Assembly (NCBI RefSeq): GCF_963921235.1
Contig: NC_086106.1
Location: forward strand, 33,418,001-33,482,000
Length of the DNA: 64,000 bases
Source: Mobula hypostoma
Lineage: Eukaryota
Direction of reading: 5' to 3'
The notes beneath the pieces are model-generated. The model saw only the letters and a program-made list of their open reading frames with translations, had not been told where the DNA came from and did not search any database. Made by a program: the position numbers and the translations under genes. Positions 1 through 13,329 of this stretch are shown piece by piece; within the stretch, counting starts at the first letter, position 1; each line of letters opens with the position of its first letter.

Positions 1-64
1 AGTCAGGTGGAAGAAGGCAGCATACATGAGGTTTAGGAGGCAGGGATCAGATGGGTCTATTGAG

Positions 65-902
65 TGTTACGTACCCCGTAACTGGGTTGCCAAACCAGCA
101 GAAATGGACCACTTAGTTGGAGTCTGGAGTACTGGAACTAAGAAAGTTTTATTAAAGAAATAAATAACACAGTACTCTAATCGTGAGGATATAAATGCAA
201 CAGGTTAGCACTGCTAAAACACACATGTACACAGAACTAGGATAATAGGAATCAAACAAGCTCTATCGCAGTCTAGGGGTAAAATGATCAGTCCCAAGTG
301 ACGCAGAGTTCAGTTCAGCTGAGTACAGTTCGCAGTAATCGCTGTTGTGCCGTTGCAGAGAGAGAGAGAGAGAGTGAATATGCAAATTTCTGATCCAAAC
401 AGACCTTTTATGTTTGTCTCAGTTAGTTTTCGGGCGAGCCCTTTTACTGTCTTCTGAGGTCACCGACTTTGACCCCTCCGTTCCGGATACGATCGTTCTT
501 CCGCGGTGAACCTGGCACCCAGGCAAGGGCGGACACACACACCAGGTTCCCGCCAATTGTACCTTTTCACCCTGTGCGTCTATGGTCGGTCCCGTGATCA
601 GATCTCCAAACTCCACCAACTTGTGGGGGCACACCACACTTCCAGGGTCTCATTATCTCGTGATCTCGTGGTGTCCGTCTTGCCTTAGCGAACCTGTTCT
701 TTTATCGCCCTGCTGGGGTATCGCCTGTCCATCAAACTTCAAACGGTTCAGGTTCAGAGCAACCGGTCTGTCAATACTCGGAACTGTGTCTATTTTTGTT
801 AATCTCTCTCGTCTCTCATTAACATTTTGAACGCTTCTCCCTTTTGTCTCTCTTATCTCTCTCATCAGCATCAATCTTCTGATAACTTGTTCTTTCGTCA
901 CA
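65..902 (-). repeat. 3' LTR of the Gypsy element
   Basis: Direct repeat of 4134-4968; begins next to the PPT; AATAAA on minus at 147-152. Confidence 0.92.
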
Positions 903-1072
903 CCCCTATCCTTCAAAGAATTTTTACCGGGGTAAAAATTATAGGCATGAATACATTATTAGATACACACAAATATACATGGTCACCAGCTATTTGGCTA
1001 ATACAGAGAACTTTAAGTTGTCAACACCTTGACAGACAGTCAGCCATCACCTTTCCGTTCCTTTTATATGTG

Positions 1073-2760
1073 TTATTTTAATAATCCTCTAAGACCAGGC
1101 TCCAATTTAACAAACTTCATGGTGGCCAAAAACACTAATGAGTTGTGATCAGTGTAACTTCTCATTGGTTTTCGTCCCGGACAAAGATAACAAGGGTCGT
1201 CCCACACCAACTTAGGCATTCTTTGGCAAGAGCTTAGTAAGAGGGAGGGTAATATCCGCAAAGTTTTTTTTTTGCAAAACTTCCGATAGTACCCCACCAT
1301 CTCCAAGAACCTTCTCAGGACTCTCTTGTCTGTCGGGGTGGGGACTTCAGAGATAGACCGCACCCTAGCCTGCATCGGTGCCAGCTGCCCCTATCTTACC
1401 ACAAATCCCAGATAAGTGATTTTTCCGTGGCCGAATTCACTTTTTACGAGGTTCACTGTTAGGCTGACTTCAAACAGCTTTTTAAACAGTGCCACAATGT
1501 GCTCCTCCCATGTGTCACTCCAGACTACTAAATCGCCAATACACGCTTCAGCGTTCTTTAGCCCTTTTGTCACTGAATTAATCATCCTGTAGGGGTATTG
1601 CTCACTAGGCTGACCTGATGTGACAACAACACCATGTCCCGGCTCTTTGCATCGCCTCGGAACATCCGGACATATGTGTGCGTGCTGTTTAATTGGCTTT
1701 ATCGACAGCTCGCTTTGTTCGGGGACTAAGTGAGAGAACTCATCAGTAAAGTTGGCCAACACCATAGAGTTCTCCCATCTGGTCGGCACCATACTTATCT
1801 TTTCAAAATGGGTTTTCCCCTTCTCAGGTGGCACCCTAGCCTCATTAATTTTCGTGATAACACTGACTAGGTTTGTTTGCCTATCGTGGCAAGCTATTAG
1901 CATATCAATAGCCTGTAATTGTGTTAGCTCACGTCTACAATAGTCAATAGCATCTTTCCTCCTGTGCGGCCAGTAAAACTCTTTCATGATTCTGCTGACT
2001 GTTTTCCTCACCCCAAAATGTCCACCGAGGGGTATCTTGTGGGCCAGGTTAAAATTCTCATCTCCATAAATTTTTGGCACCACCCCCCATTCCTCATCTG
2101 CGGGCACGGTACTTGGTCTCCATTTCCTCCTTAGTACTCCCTCCTTCACATAATAGCCCACAGGCTCCCTTTTTAGTTCTGCTTCAGAGAGAGCTGTCTC
2201 CACCAAAATCATCAGCTGCTCGTCTCACTCCTGTGCCTGTACAAATTCCTTCCTTGCTAATGATAAACCTACCTTAACTTCCGTTTCACTACACTGCTTC
2301 TCACTTTCTAACCCCTTCTGATACGAGGCTGGCAAAAAAGCCTCAGCCAAATCTATATTCACTTCTGCAGCCTTTCTGGACATGCGCCGAGTCACTGCGC
2401 AAACGGGATAAGCCTGTGAGTCCATGGGCGGGGCCTCAATGCTGGCAGGTTGGCTTGTCAATCTTACTGCTGGGTACACCTTTCCGACGGCGAGGTCGTT
2501 ACCGAGTAAGACCTCCACGTCTCCCATCGGTAGTTCGGGCCTCACCCTGATCGTGACCGGTCCGGAGACCAAGTCGCTTTTTGGTATATCTGGTGCAAAG
2601 GTACTGCTTCAGTCCCTTTCCCAATGCCTTTTATCACCCTGACCTCCCCAGTCTGGATCTCTGAACTAAAGTCTAACACAATTCTTTAATATCAATGACT
2701 GACAAGCTCCTGTGTCTCTCCAGATCCATACTGGAACTGGGTTTAACCCCTCCTTCACGG
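1073..2760 (-). pseudogene. pol: Deleted pol remnants (PR, IN zinc finger, RT C-terminus, RNaseH)
   Basis: IWRDTGACQSLIL (protease); HKIPLGGHFGVRKTVSRIMKEFYWP (integrase HHCC); CIGDLVVWSDTWEEH...YLGFVV (RT with degenerate YIDD); LRRFLEMVGYYRKFC; YTDHNSLVFL (RNaseH). Confidence 0.85.
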
Positions 2761-2856
2761 ACACCAATCTGGCCGAGATAAACCTCTCGCGCCCTTCCTG
2801 AACTTTATCAGACCTCTTCTTCCCTGGCAGTTTGTTTACCAGCTCAATACAGCCAG

Positions 2857-4034
2857 TCAGAACCGTCGTTTTCCCTTTCCCCGTCTCCTTCTTTGGGGCA
2901 AAGCACCTGGACGCAAATATCCGGCTTTCCCACAATTATAGTATACGATCCCAGGAGACTTCCTACCAAACTGCTCCCGGTCTACCTTATCCTTCTCACT
3001 AGTCCCCGGCTTACTTTCTGACTTTTCTGGCAGACTCTCTCCACCGTCCTGACTACCCTTCTGGTACCCTTTACTCGGGGTAAACTTCGTTTTATGTGTC
3101 AACGCGTACTAATCCGCTAACTTAGCAGTTGCGGCTAAGGCGTCTGCCTCTTTCTCATCTAGGTAGGGTTTCATACCTTCAGGGACACAACCTTTAAACT
3201 GCTCAATCAGTATTAGCCTTAGCAGTCTGTCATAATCCCCATTGACCCCTTTCGAGGCGCACCAACACTCACAATACATCTGCATCTCACGGGCAAACTC
3301 TAAATACGTGCGGCCCCATTGCTTCCTCACATTCCGGAACCTCTGCCGGTATGCCTCCGGGACCAACTCATAAATCCTGAGTATGGCCTCTTTCACCACA
3401 TCATACATCTGGGCATCTTCTGCGGACAAGGCCGAGTAAGCTTGTTGAGCCTTCCCTTTAAGTACAATCTGAAGCAAAACAGCCCACTTATCCCTCGGCC
3501 AGTCCTGACTTGCAGCAACTTTTTCAAAATGGAGAAAGTACCGATCAACATCGGCCTCCTCAAATGGGGGAACCAGCCTAACCTCCTGGGTTGCCCTGAA
3601 CCTTCCACCTTGGTTCGGCATGGGCCCCTGCGCTATCATCATCTTTAACTTCTCCAGCTCAAATTCCCTTTCCCTCTGTTTCTCTCTCGCTTCTTGTTCT
3701 AACTGCCTGTCCCCCTCTTCTCGCTCCAACTGTTTTATTCCCTCTTCGCGTTCTAACTGCTTCTCTTCTCGCTCCAGCTGTTTTACCCGGAACTCGTGCT
3801 CGAGTCTCAATTTTTCAATCTGCAGCTGTACTGCTTCTGCACCAGGTTTTCCCATAGATACCACCTCCAGCTCCCCTTGGGGAAACACACCTTTAGATAC
3901 ATAATGCTCTATGATCGCTCTGTGCATCTCTGCTCTCCTCATTGTCGACGTTTGGCCACAGTTGCCAATTCTGATTTCCTGGCATCCTCTAATGCCTCCA
4001 AGGTCGGCACCTTTAGAAATTCCTCAATCTCCAT
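2857..4034 (-). pseudogene. gag: gag of the Gypsy element (frameshifted)
   Basis: ATG at 4034 (MEIEEFLKVPTLEAL...), then ORF 3109-3942 with VPPFEEADVDRYFLHFEKVA...YELVPEAYRQRFR typical of Gmr1-type (SCAN-related) gag, and a degenerate CCHC knuckle near 2930. Confidence 0.85.
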
Positions 4035-4133
4035 TTCTGCTGTTTGCCCTTTCTTTCTTTCAGGAATTTTAACCCAATCAATTTACCCCGTCCCAAATTT
4101 AGTGTTCAAAATCGCAGATGAGAACCCCACTTA

Positions 4134-4968
4134 TGTTACGTACCCCGTAACTGGGTTGCCAAACCAGCAGAAATGGACCACTTAGTTGGAGTCTGGAGTA
4201 CTGGAACTAAGTAAGTTTTATTAAAGAAATAAGTAACACAGTACTCTAATCGTAAGGATATAAATGCAACAGATGAGCACTGATAAAACACACATGTACA
4301 CAGAACTAGGATAATAGGAATCAAACAAGCTCTATCACAGTCTAGGGGGTAAAATGATCAGTCTCAAGTGACGCAGAGTTCAGTTCAGCTGAGTACAGTT
4401 CGCAGTAATCGCTGTTGTACCGTTGGAGAGAGGGAGAGTGAATATGCAAATTTCTGATCCAAACAGACCTTTTATGTTCCTCTCAGTTAGTTTTCGGGGC
4501 GAGCCCTTTTACTGTCTTCTGAGGTCACCGACTGTGACCCCTCCGTTCCGGATACGATCGTTCTTCCGCAGTGAACCCGGCACCCAGGCAAGGGCGGACA
4601 CACACACCAGGTTCCCGCCGATTGTACCTATTCACCCTGTGCGTCTATGGTCGGTTCCGCGACCAGACCTCCAAACCTCCACCAACTTGTGGGGGCACAC
4701 CGCACTTCCAGGGTCTCATTATCTCGTGATCTCGTGGTGTCCGTCTTGCCTTAGCGAACCTGTTCTTTTATCGCCCTGCTGGGGTATCGCCTGTCCATCA
4801 AACTTCAAACAGTTCAGGTTCAAAGCAACCTGTCTGTCAATACTTGGAACTGTGTCTCTTTTTGTTAATCTCTGTCGTCTCTCATTAACATTTTGAATGC
4901 TTCTCCCTTTTGTCTCTCTTATCTCTCTTATCAGCATCAATCTTCTGATAACTTGATCTTTCATCACA
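4134..4968 (-). repeat. 5' LTR of the Gypsy element
   Basis: Direct repeat of 65-902, followed on the minus strand by the PBS-like sequence. Confidence 0.92.
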
Positions 4969-6843
4969 TGAGGAATATAGGGTAGCAAGAAAAGAGCTTA
5001 AGAAGGGATTGAGGAGTGCAAGAAGGGGGCATGAGAAGGCCTTGGCGAGTAGCGTAAAGGAAAACCACAATGTATTCTTCAATTATGTGAAGAACAAAAG
5101 GATGACAGGAGTGAAGGTAGGACCGGTTAGAGATAAAGGTGGGAAGATGTGCCTGGAGGCTGGGGAAGTGAGCGAGGTCCTCAATGAATACTCCTCGTCG
5201 GTATTCACCAACGAGATGGAACTTGATGACGGTGAGGACAATATGAGCGAGGTTGATGTTCTGGAGCATGTTGATATTAAGGAGAGGAGGTGTTGGAGTG
5301 GTTAAAATACATTAGGATGGATAAGTCACCGGGGCCCGACGGAATATTCCCCAGGCTGCTCCACGAGGCGACAGAAGAGATTGCTGTCCTTGTTGTCCAC
5401 AGGAATGGTACCGGAGGATTGGAGAGAGATGAATGTTGTCCCCTTGTTCAAAAAAAGGTAGCAGGGATAGTCCAGTTAATTATAGACCACTGAACCTTAC
5501 ATCTGTGGTGGGAAAGCTGTTGGAAAGATTATTAGAAATAGGATCTATGGACATTTAGAAAATCATGGTCTGATCAGGGACAGTCGGCATGGCTTTGTGA
5601 AGGGCAGATCATGTCTAACAAGCCTGATAGAGTTCTTTGAGGAGGTGACCAGGTATATAGATGAGGGTAGTTCAGTGGATGTGATCTACATGGATTTTAG
5701 TAAGGCATTTGACAAGGTTCCACATGGTAGGGTCATTCAGAAAGTCAGAAGGCATGGGACCAGGGTTGTTTGGCCAGCTGGATTCAGAATTGACTTTCCT
5801 GCAGAAAGCAGAGGGTCGTGGTGGAGAGAGTACATTTGGATTGGAGGGTTGTGACTAGTGGTGTCCCACAAGGATCGGTTCTGGAATCTCTACTTTTTGT
5901 GATTTTTATTAACAACCTGGATGTTGGGGTAGAAGGGTGAGTTGGCAAGTTTGCAGATGACACAAAGGTTGGTGGTGTCGTGGATAGTGTAGAGGATTGT
6001 CTAAGATTGCAGAGGGACATTGATTGGATGCAGAAGTAAGCTGAGAAATGGCAGATGGAATTCAACCCGGAGAAGTGTGAGGTGGTACACTTTGGAAGGA
6101 CAAACTCCAAAGCAGAGTACAAAGTGAATGGCAGGATACTTGGTACTGTGGAGGAGCAGAGGGATATGAGGGTACATGTCCACAGATCCCTGAAAGTTGC
6201 CTCACAGGTAGATAGGGTAGTTAAGAAAGCTTATGAGGTGTTAGCTTTCATAAGGCAAGGTTAAGAGTTTAAGAGTCGCGAGGTAATGATGCAGCTCTAT
6301 AAAAGTTTGGTTAGCCCACACTTGGAGTACTGTGTCCAGTTCTGGTCGCCTCACTATAGGAAGGATGTGGAAGCATTGGAAAGGGTACAGAGGAGATTTA
6401 CCAGGATACTGCCTGGTTTAGAGAGTATGGATTATGATCAGAGATTAAGGGAGCTAGGGCTTTACTCTTTGGAATGAAGAAGGATGAGAGGAGACATGAT
6501 AGAGGTATAGAAGATATTAAGAGGAATGGGTAGAGTGGACAGCCAGCAGCTTTCCCCCAGAGCACCACTGCTCAATACAAGAGGACATGGTTTTAAGGTA
6601 AGGGATGGGAAGTTCAAGGGGGATAGTAGAGGAAGTTTTTTCCTCAGGGAATGGCTGGTGCGTGGAATGCACTGCTTGAGTTACTGGTGGAGGCAGATAC
6701 ACTCGTGAAATTTAAGAGGCTACTAGACAGGTATATGGAGGAATTTAAGGTGGGGGTTATATGGGAGGCAGGGTTTAAGTGTTGGCACAACATTGTGGGC
6801 CGAAGGGCTTGTACTTTGCTGTACAATTCTGTGTTTTATATTC
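4969..6843 (+). mobile_element. CR1 LINE ORF2 and 3' end; host of the Gypsy insertion (continues from 1-64)
   Basis: ORF fragments [30 protein letters not shown]...DFSKAFDKVPH and PHLEYCVQFWSPH, with a CR1 3' tail near 6840; multiple stops. Confidence 0.92.
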
Positions 6844-7259
6844 TAAAGATGACCTTTGGAAATCCCAATGTGCTTTCTCGATACATCAATTCAAAGAAAA
6901 TGCTTCACGCGAGTCTTGATTTTCAAATTAGATTCAGGCTTGGATTACGATATTTTTAATTTTCACAGGCAATCTGCAGTCAGAAAACTTTAATATGTGA
7001 TGTAGAATAGCTGATCATGCACTCAACACAGGAAAGATCAATGGAACATGAATTTGGTGAACAGTGGGAGGGATTTGGTGTGGCCCAGAAAGCCCCAATC
7101 TGGCCTATGCATGTCCATGCAAGGTTCTGAGTTGGTAGAGCTGTAAGCTATCAGTTCTATTAGCTGTTTTCTGGAAGCCCCTTCATGAAACATGAGTGGT
7201 TATTGTCATTTAACGTCATTTATATATTATGCTGTCCAACCATCTTTCCTAAACCAACA

Positions 7260-7550
7260 GCTTTACATTGCCATGACTATACTTTCCAAAAATCACCTCC
7301 ATGCCTTTCGCTTCATTCTCCCTCCCTCACTAAATTATCTTTCTCCTCATCTGTCTTCACAAGCTTGTACTCCTTCCCTCTCCCCACTTTCTTATTCTAG
7401 CTTGTTCTTCCTTCCTTTCCAGTACTGATGAAGGGTCTCAGCCTCAAACATCGCCTGTATATTGCCTCCATAGATACAGTATTGCCTAACTTGCAGAGTT
7501 CCTCCAGAATTTTACATGGGATTTCCAGCAGCTGCAGAAACTCTTGTATG
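7260..7550 (+). mobile_element. Penelope-like pLTR fragment
   Basis: CTGATGAAGGGTCTC...GAGTTCCTCCAG...GGATTTCCAGCA block shared with the other copies in the window. Confidence 0.6.
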
Positions 7551-8089
7551 TTGCCTTTTTGCTAACTTACCAAACCTGTCCATACATAATTGCAGATCTT
7601 TGTGTCTTTCCAGTAATCATCTATATGATGCAGCAAATTTTAACATCGAAGCTTTACAGAAACATAACTGCATAAGAATAATAGCTTCTCTTATGTGTGT
7701 ATGTGCGTTGTACCCTTTTATTCCACCAGTTATGTTGTCAAAGAACTTTGAGAAGGTAACAAAGACAAACCAGAGAACTACAGGTCACTCAGGTTGATAT
7801 CACTGGTAGGGAGTTCATTCGAGGGAATTCTGAGCAACAGGAACTGGAGGAGTTAGTGTGGCTTTATTTGTTGGATTCTGGCGTTTTTGAAGAAGTAAAA
7901 AAAAATGGTAGTTGAGGGTAGCACTGGGCCTTCAATTACATCCTACACGGTAGGCTGGTCTGGAAGTCCAGGAATCCAGACAAAGGCAGTTAGATGGATA
8001 CAAAACTGGCTGGCAGGTAGGAAGCACAGTGGTAGCTGAGAAATTTCTCAGAAATTAAGCTGGTCTAAAGGGATGTCTTTGTATTCTGA

Positions 8090-8540
8090 GTCTCTGCCCC
8101 CTGGTCCTAGCGTCCCTCATGATAGGAAACACTACCTGCCCTCCAACTACTATGGGATTAATTCCATCATCCAAATCATTGACATATAACCTGAAAAGAA
8201 GTGGTCCCAACACCTACTCCTGTGGAACACTGCTAGCCTCTGGCAGAAAACCAGAAAAGGCCTCCTTTATTTTGCCTTCTGTCAGTCATCCAATCTATCA
8301 ATGCTGGTATTATTCCTGTACGACCATGTCCTATAATTTTATTTAGCAGCTTCATCTACAGCGTCTTGTCAAAGACCTTCAGAAAATCCAAGTAAACAGC
8401 ATCCACCGACTCCTGTTAGTCTATCTTGCCTGATATTTCCAAAAAGAATTCCAGCAGATATGTGAGGTAAGATTTTTCCCTTCACTAAACCATGCTGAAT
8501 TGGCCTGATTTATCATGTGCCTTCAAGTAACAAATTCTTG
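8090..8540 (-). mobile_element. Old CR1 RT fragment
   Basis: Minus-strand similarity to the CR1 RT region (KAFDK; SGVPQESVLGP-like gtgttccacaggagtaggtgttgggacc). Confidence 0.55.
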
Positions 8541-9884
8541 ATCAATTAGGGAAATGGACCAATGAGATTCAATACTGCTAAGTGTGAGGTGATGGATTTT
8601 GGAAAGTCAAACCAGCATAGGACTTATCTATCAATGGTAGGGCATTTCCATCAGCTACGAGTGAACGGTTGATGGTAAAACAAAAACCGCACTACATCGG
8701 TTCTCCGGAAACAGTAGTTTATTTAATCTTCCAGGATTATATTCCTCTGAGATTTGAAATGGAGACGGGACATATAATGAATTCATTGATATCGTCTGCA
8801 CTTCTCAGTTCGAGCTGCTGAACCGTTTCTGACATTTTCTTTCTTTTCAAAAAAGAAATAACAAACACTTATACCGTTAAATGTCAGGGAACTGCAGCAA
8901 ATTATTCATTGTTTCCTTTTCAATGCTGAGAAGCTTTAGTAAATATGCCAAAGCAAGTTGAAGGAAATGTGCCTGTTACTGATAATCTCAAGAATGTTTC
9001 CAGTGTTTACTGGCTGCATAGCGAAATAGGAAACGGACAGAAAAGTCATGAATCACGGGCGGCATGCGGAAACTGCAGGCATGACCGGAAATTGAATTAT
9101 GTTATCCATGTCGAAAAGAGGCGACTGCATTTCGAAAGTCTGTACTAATTTTCATCCACAGCGCAGCATGTATTCCTCCGCATCATTCCCCAGGTGAATA
9201 GTGTCTGTTTTAATACCCCATTGCCATCTACCATAGCCCAACTCATCTCATTTTCGCCCTTCTCCGCAAAACCCCATTCGTTCAATGTACCACACATCTC
9301 ACAGACATGCACCGAATCAGAGAAGAAGCACAACTCCAATGTCCCACACGCTCAGATCTCTATTAAAAGATAGAAACATGCATTTTACTTGACAACATGT
9401 TCAGTCATAAACTCTACTCGTTTCCACCCCACCGGCCCGACCAGAGTTGCATTATGAGTAGAATAAAACACGGGCTCTTTGTTCCACACTCATCCCTGTA
9501 AAGAAATATCATGGAGTTATCAGCACAGAGACGGGTCTTTGGCTCATTACGTCCATGTCCACTCATTGGCCCGTTGATGTCATGCTTCAAGTTTTGTCTT
9601 TTAAATCACGGCAATATATGATCTTGCCCTATGAATGGATTATGTGGACCCAGCTTTCAGTATCTACAGTTTGTACAGAGCAGCCGAGTGCAGAAACCGG
9701 AAGTGAGCTGATAGGCGGTGCATAGTTCCAATGAAAATTCAGAGTTTCGGCCTTCGACACATTGACAAGTTCAGGAGTTTTCAAAGATAAGACGCATACA
9801 GAATCTAGACTTCTCTGTTGGGGACGAGAGGGCAAGAGGACAACTTTACATTCCGAGATGTCGTCGATTTCAAGAAAATGGTTA

Positions 9885-10565
9885 CGGTTATGGATCCTGC
9901 AACCGCTTGTGCTGTCGGGGGCTGTACAGATGAGCGCTGCATCAGAAGCTCCATCTCTCATAGTTATGGGCGAGTGCCTGGGTTTCGGCAAAGCTCTCTC
10001 CGGTCCACGCCGTAGTGTTGTCTGGCCATGTCCTCTGTCTGCCTCTTTTTCTTTTACCCTGCACCCCTGAAGGATGGGCTTTGAGAGTCCACCTGATCTT
10101 GTTATGTGGCCATACCATCTCAGTTTACTCTTGTTTACTGTGGGCAGTAGGTCTTCGTAATCTCTCATGTGCTGGGTAATGGCTCTTCGAACTTCGTCTT
10201 TTGAGACATGGTCTGTCTGTATGGGGGATGCCAAGGAGCCTTCTGAAGCCCCTCATTGCTACTGCTTGGATTTTCTTTTGCAGTTCTGCTATCAAAGTTC
10301 ATGATTCGCATGCATACAAGAAGGTAGAGAGCACAAGTGCATGAAATAGTTTCCGAGAGCGATGTTATTGTCTCTCAAAAGTGGTTTTAGTTTAGCCAAC
10401 ATTGCTGTTGTTTGGTCTGTTCTTGGAAGGACTTTAGCCTTTGATTCTTCCTGGGTGATGATGGCGCCAGGATACTTGGACCGTTTGACAATCTCTAGTT
10501 CTTGTCCACTCACTGATTTTTGTTGTGATTGGCTTCTCACTGTTTCTCATCAGCTTGGTTTTCTC
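9885..10565 (-). mobile_element. RTE-clade LINE, 3' part
   Basis: MEKTKLM...KYPGAIITQE...TAMLAKLKPLLRDNNIAL and YEDLLPTVNKSKLRWYGHITRSGGLSKPILQG, typical of the RTE C-terminal region. Confidence 0.8.
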
Positions 10566-12665
10566 CATAGAAACATAGAAAATAGGTGCAGGAGTAGGCC
10601 ATTCGGCCCTTCGAGCTTGCACCGCCATTCAGTATGATCATGGCTGATCATCCAACTCAGAACCCTGTACCTGCCTTCTCTCCATACCCCCGATCCCTTT
10701 AGCCACAGGGGCCATATCTAACTCCCTCTTAAATATAGCCAATGAACTGGCCTCTACTGTTTCCTGTGGCACAGAATTCCACAGATTCACCACTCTCTGT
10801 GTGAAGAAGTTTTTCCTAATCTCGGTCCTAAAAGGCTACCCCTTTATCCTCAAACAGTGACCCCTCGTTCTGGACTTCCCCAACATCGGGAACAATCTTC
10901 CTGCATCTGGCCTGTCCAATCCCTTTAGGATTTTATACGTTTCAATCAGATCCCCCCTCAATCTTCTAAATTCCAACGAGTATAAGCCTAGTTCATCCAG
11001 GCTTTCATCATATGAAAGTCCTGCCATCCCAGGAATCAATCTGGTGAACCTTCTTTGTACTCCCTCTATGGCAAGGATGCCTTTCCTCAGATTAGCGGAC
11101 CAAAACTGCACACAATACTCCAGGTGTGGTCTCACCAAGGCCTTGTACAACTGCAGCAGTACCTCCCTGCTCCTGTACTTGAATCCTCTCGCTATAAATG
11201 CCAGCATACCATTCGCCTTTTTCACCGCCTGCTGTACCTGCATGCCCACTTTCAATGACTGGTGTATAATGACACCCAGGTCTCGTTGCACCTCCCCTTT
11301 TCCTAATCGGCCACCATTCAGATAATAATCTGTTTTCCTGTTTTTGCCACCAAAGTGGATAACTTCACATTTATCCACATTAAATTGCATCTGCCATGAA
11401 TTTTCCCACTCACCTAACCTATCCAAGTCACCCAGCATCCTCCTCACAGCTAACACTGCCGCCCAGCTTCGTGTTATCCGCAAACTTGGAGATGCTGCAT
11501 TTAATTCCCTCATCCAAGTCATTAATATATATTGTAAACAACTGGGGTCCCAGCACTGAGCCTTGCGGTACCCCACTAGTCACTGCCTGCCATTCTGAAA
11601 AGGTCCCGTTTATTCCCACTCTTTGCTTCCTGTCTGCCAACCAATTCTCTATCCACATCAATACCTTACCCCCAATACCGTGTGCTTTAAGTTTGCACAC
11701 TAATCTCCTGCGTGGGACCTTGTCAAAAGTCTTTTGAAAATCCAAATATACCACATCCACTGGTTCTCCCCTATCCACTCTACTAGTTACATCCTCAAAA
11801 AATTCTATGAGATTCGTCAGACATGATTTTCCTTTCACAAATCCATGCTGACTTTGTCCGATGATTTCACCGCTTTCCAAATGTGCTGTTATCACATCTT
11901 TGATAACTGACTCCAGCAATTTCCCCATCACCGATGTTAGGCTAACCGGTCTATAATTCCCCAATTTCTCTCTCCCTCCTTTTTTAAAAAGTGGGGTTAC
12001 ATTAGCCACCCTCCAATCCTCCGGAAATAGTCCAGAATCTAAAGAGTTTTGAAAAATTATCACTAATGCATCCACTATTTCATAGGCTACTTCCTTAAGC
12101 ACTCTGGGATGCAGACCATCTGGCCCTGGGGATTTATCTGCCTTTAATCCCTTCAATTTATCTAACACTACTTCCCTACTAATATGTATTTCGCTCAGTT
12201 CCTCCATCTCACTGGACCCACTGTCCCCTACTATTTCCGGAACATTATTTATGTCCTCCTTAGTGAAGACAGAACCAAAGTAACTATTCAATTGGTCTGC
12301 CATGTCCTTGCTCCCCATAATCAATTCACCTGTTTCTGTCTGTAGGGGACCTACATTTGTCTTAACCAATCTTTTTCTTTTCACATATCTATAAAAAGCT
12401 TTTACAGTCAGTTTTTATGTTCCCTGCCAGTTTTCTCTCATAATATTTTTTCCCCTTCCTAATTAAGCCCTTTGTCCTCCTCTGCTGAACTCTGAATTTC
12501 TCCCAGTCCTCAGATGAGCCACTTTTTCTGGCTAATTTGTATGCTTCTTCTTTGGAATTGATACTATCCCTAATTTCTCTTGTCAGCCATGGGTGCACTA
12601 CCTTCCTTGATTTATTCTTTTGCCAAACTGGGATGAACAATTGTTGCAGTTCATCCATGCGATCT
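10566..12665 (-). mobile_element. Young 5'-truncated CR1 LINE (copy 1), inserted into the RTE element
   Basis: ORFs 11428-12384 and 10836-11576 encode the CR1 RT and C-terminus; (CTATGTTT)n-type tail at 10566-10582. Confidence 0.95.
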
Positions 12666-13310
12666 TGATCTCCATGCCATATCCAGTAGATGTACTGTCC
12701 AGATGGTTCACAAGGCACGCCAATTCACCCTTCCTTCCTGCCAATCCATCAATGTCATTGGTGAACCTGCCGTTGGTCATGTTCTGTCTTGCGATGCTGA
12801 CTGTACTGATGTGGTCTTCCGGGGCATCTGTCATTATTTGCTCCAGGAAAATGTTGAACAGCGTAGGTGAAAGGAGGCAGCCTTGTCGGACTTCAGCTGG
12901 TGTGTGGAATCACTCTCCAACTGTGCCTTGGACAAATACCGCACTGCTACCTTTGGTGTAGGGCTGCTTGATGGTTTCGATCAGCTTCTGGCCCATGTTC
13001 TACCACTTCATTGTGGCCTAGAGTGCATTATGCTACACCCTATTGGATACCTTCTTGAAGTCTATGAATACGAAGCAGATATCCCGATGATGTTGTTTGT
13101 ATTTCTCGCTCAGTACTCGGAGGTTGAATATCTGCTCGGTTGTACTACTTCCAATTCTGATTCCAGCCTGTTCTTCGGCAATTTTGCCTGTGGTTTCAGT
13201 TTGTTTAAGATGATTTTCAACATCACTTCACTTGCATGGCCGATAAGACTTGCAGTTCTATAATTCTGACACTGCTGCAAGTGGCCCTTCTTGGGAAGAG
13301 TGATGATGTG
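12666..13310 (-). mobile_element. RTE-clade LINE, RT part (continues at 9885-10565)
   Basis: ITLPKKGHLQQCQNYRTASLIGHASEVMLKIILNKLKPQA ... FTNDIDGLAG ... STGYGMEI, which joins EKTKLM across the CR1 insertion. Confidence 0.82.
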
Positions 13311-13329
13311 TGATTTTGTGTGTTTTCTT

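Larger units (their letters stand above)
65..4968 (-). mobile_element. Gypsy (Gmr1-like) LTR retrotransposon, internally deleted, both LTRs present
   Basis: LTRs at 65-902 and 4134-4968 (TG...CA termini). 4-bp TSD TGAG at 61-64 and 4969-4972. PPT (GAAGGATAGGGG on minus) abuts 902. Degenerate tRNA-Pro-like PBS at 4111-4129. Remnants of gag (3109-4034), protease DTG (~2720), integrase HHCC and RT/RNaseH. Confidence 0.92.

Noticed and set aside
4423-4896. 157-aa ORF in the LTR
   Set aside because: Not kept open in the sister LTR; no recognisable motif.
8680-8688. Perfect nonamer ACAAAAACC
   Set aside because: No heptamer at 12- or 23-nt spacing.
9145-9339. ORF with VCE...SWAMVDG Ig-like pattern
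   Set aside because: Spacing is non-canonical and other frames give equally weak, conflicting resemblances.
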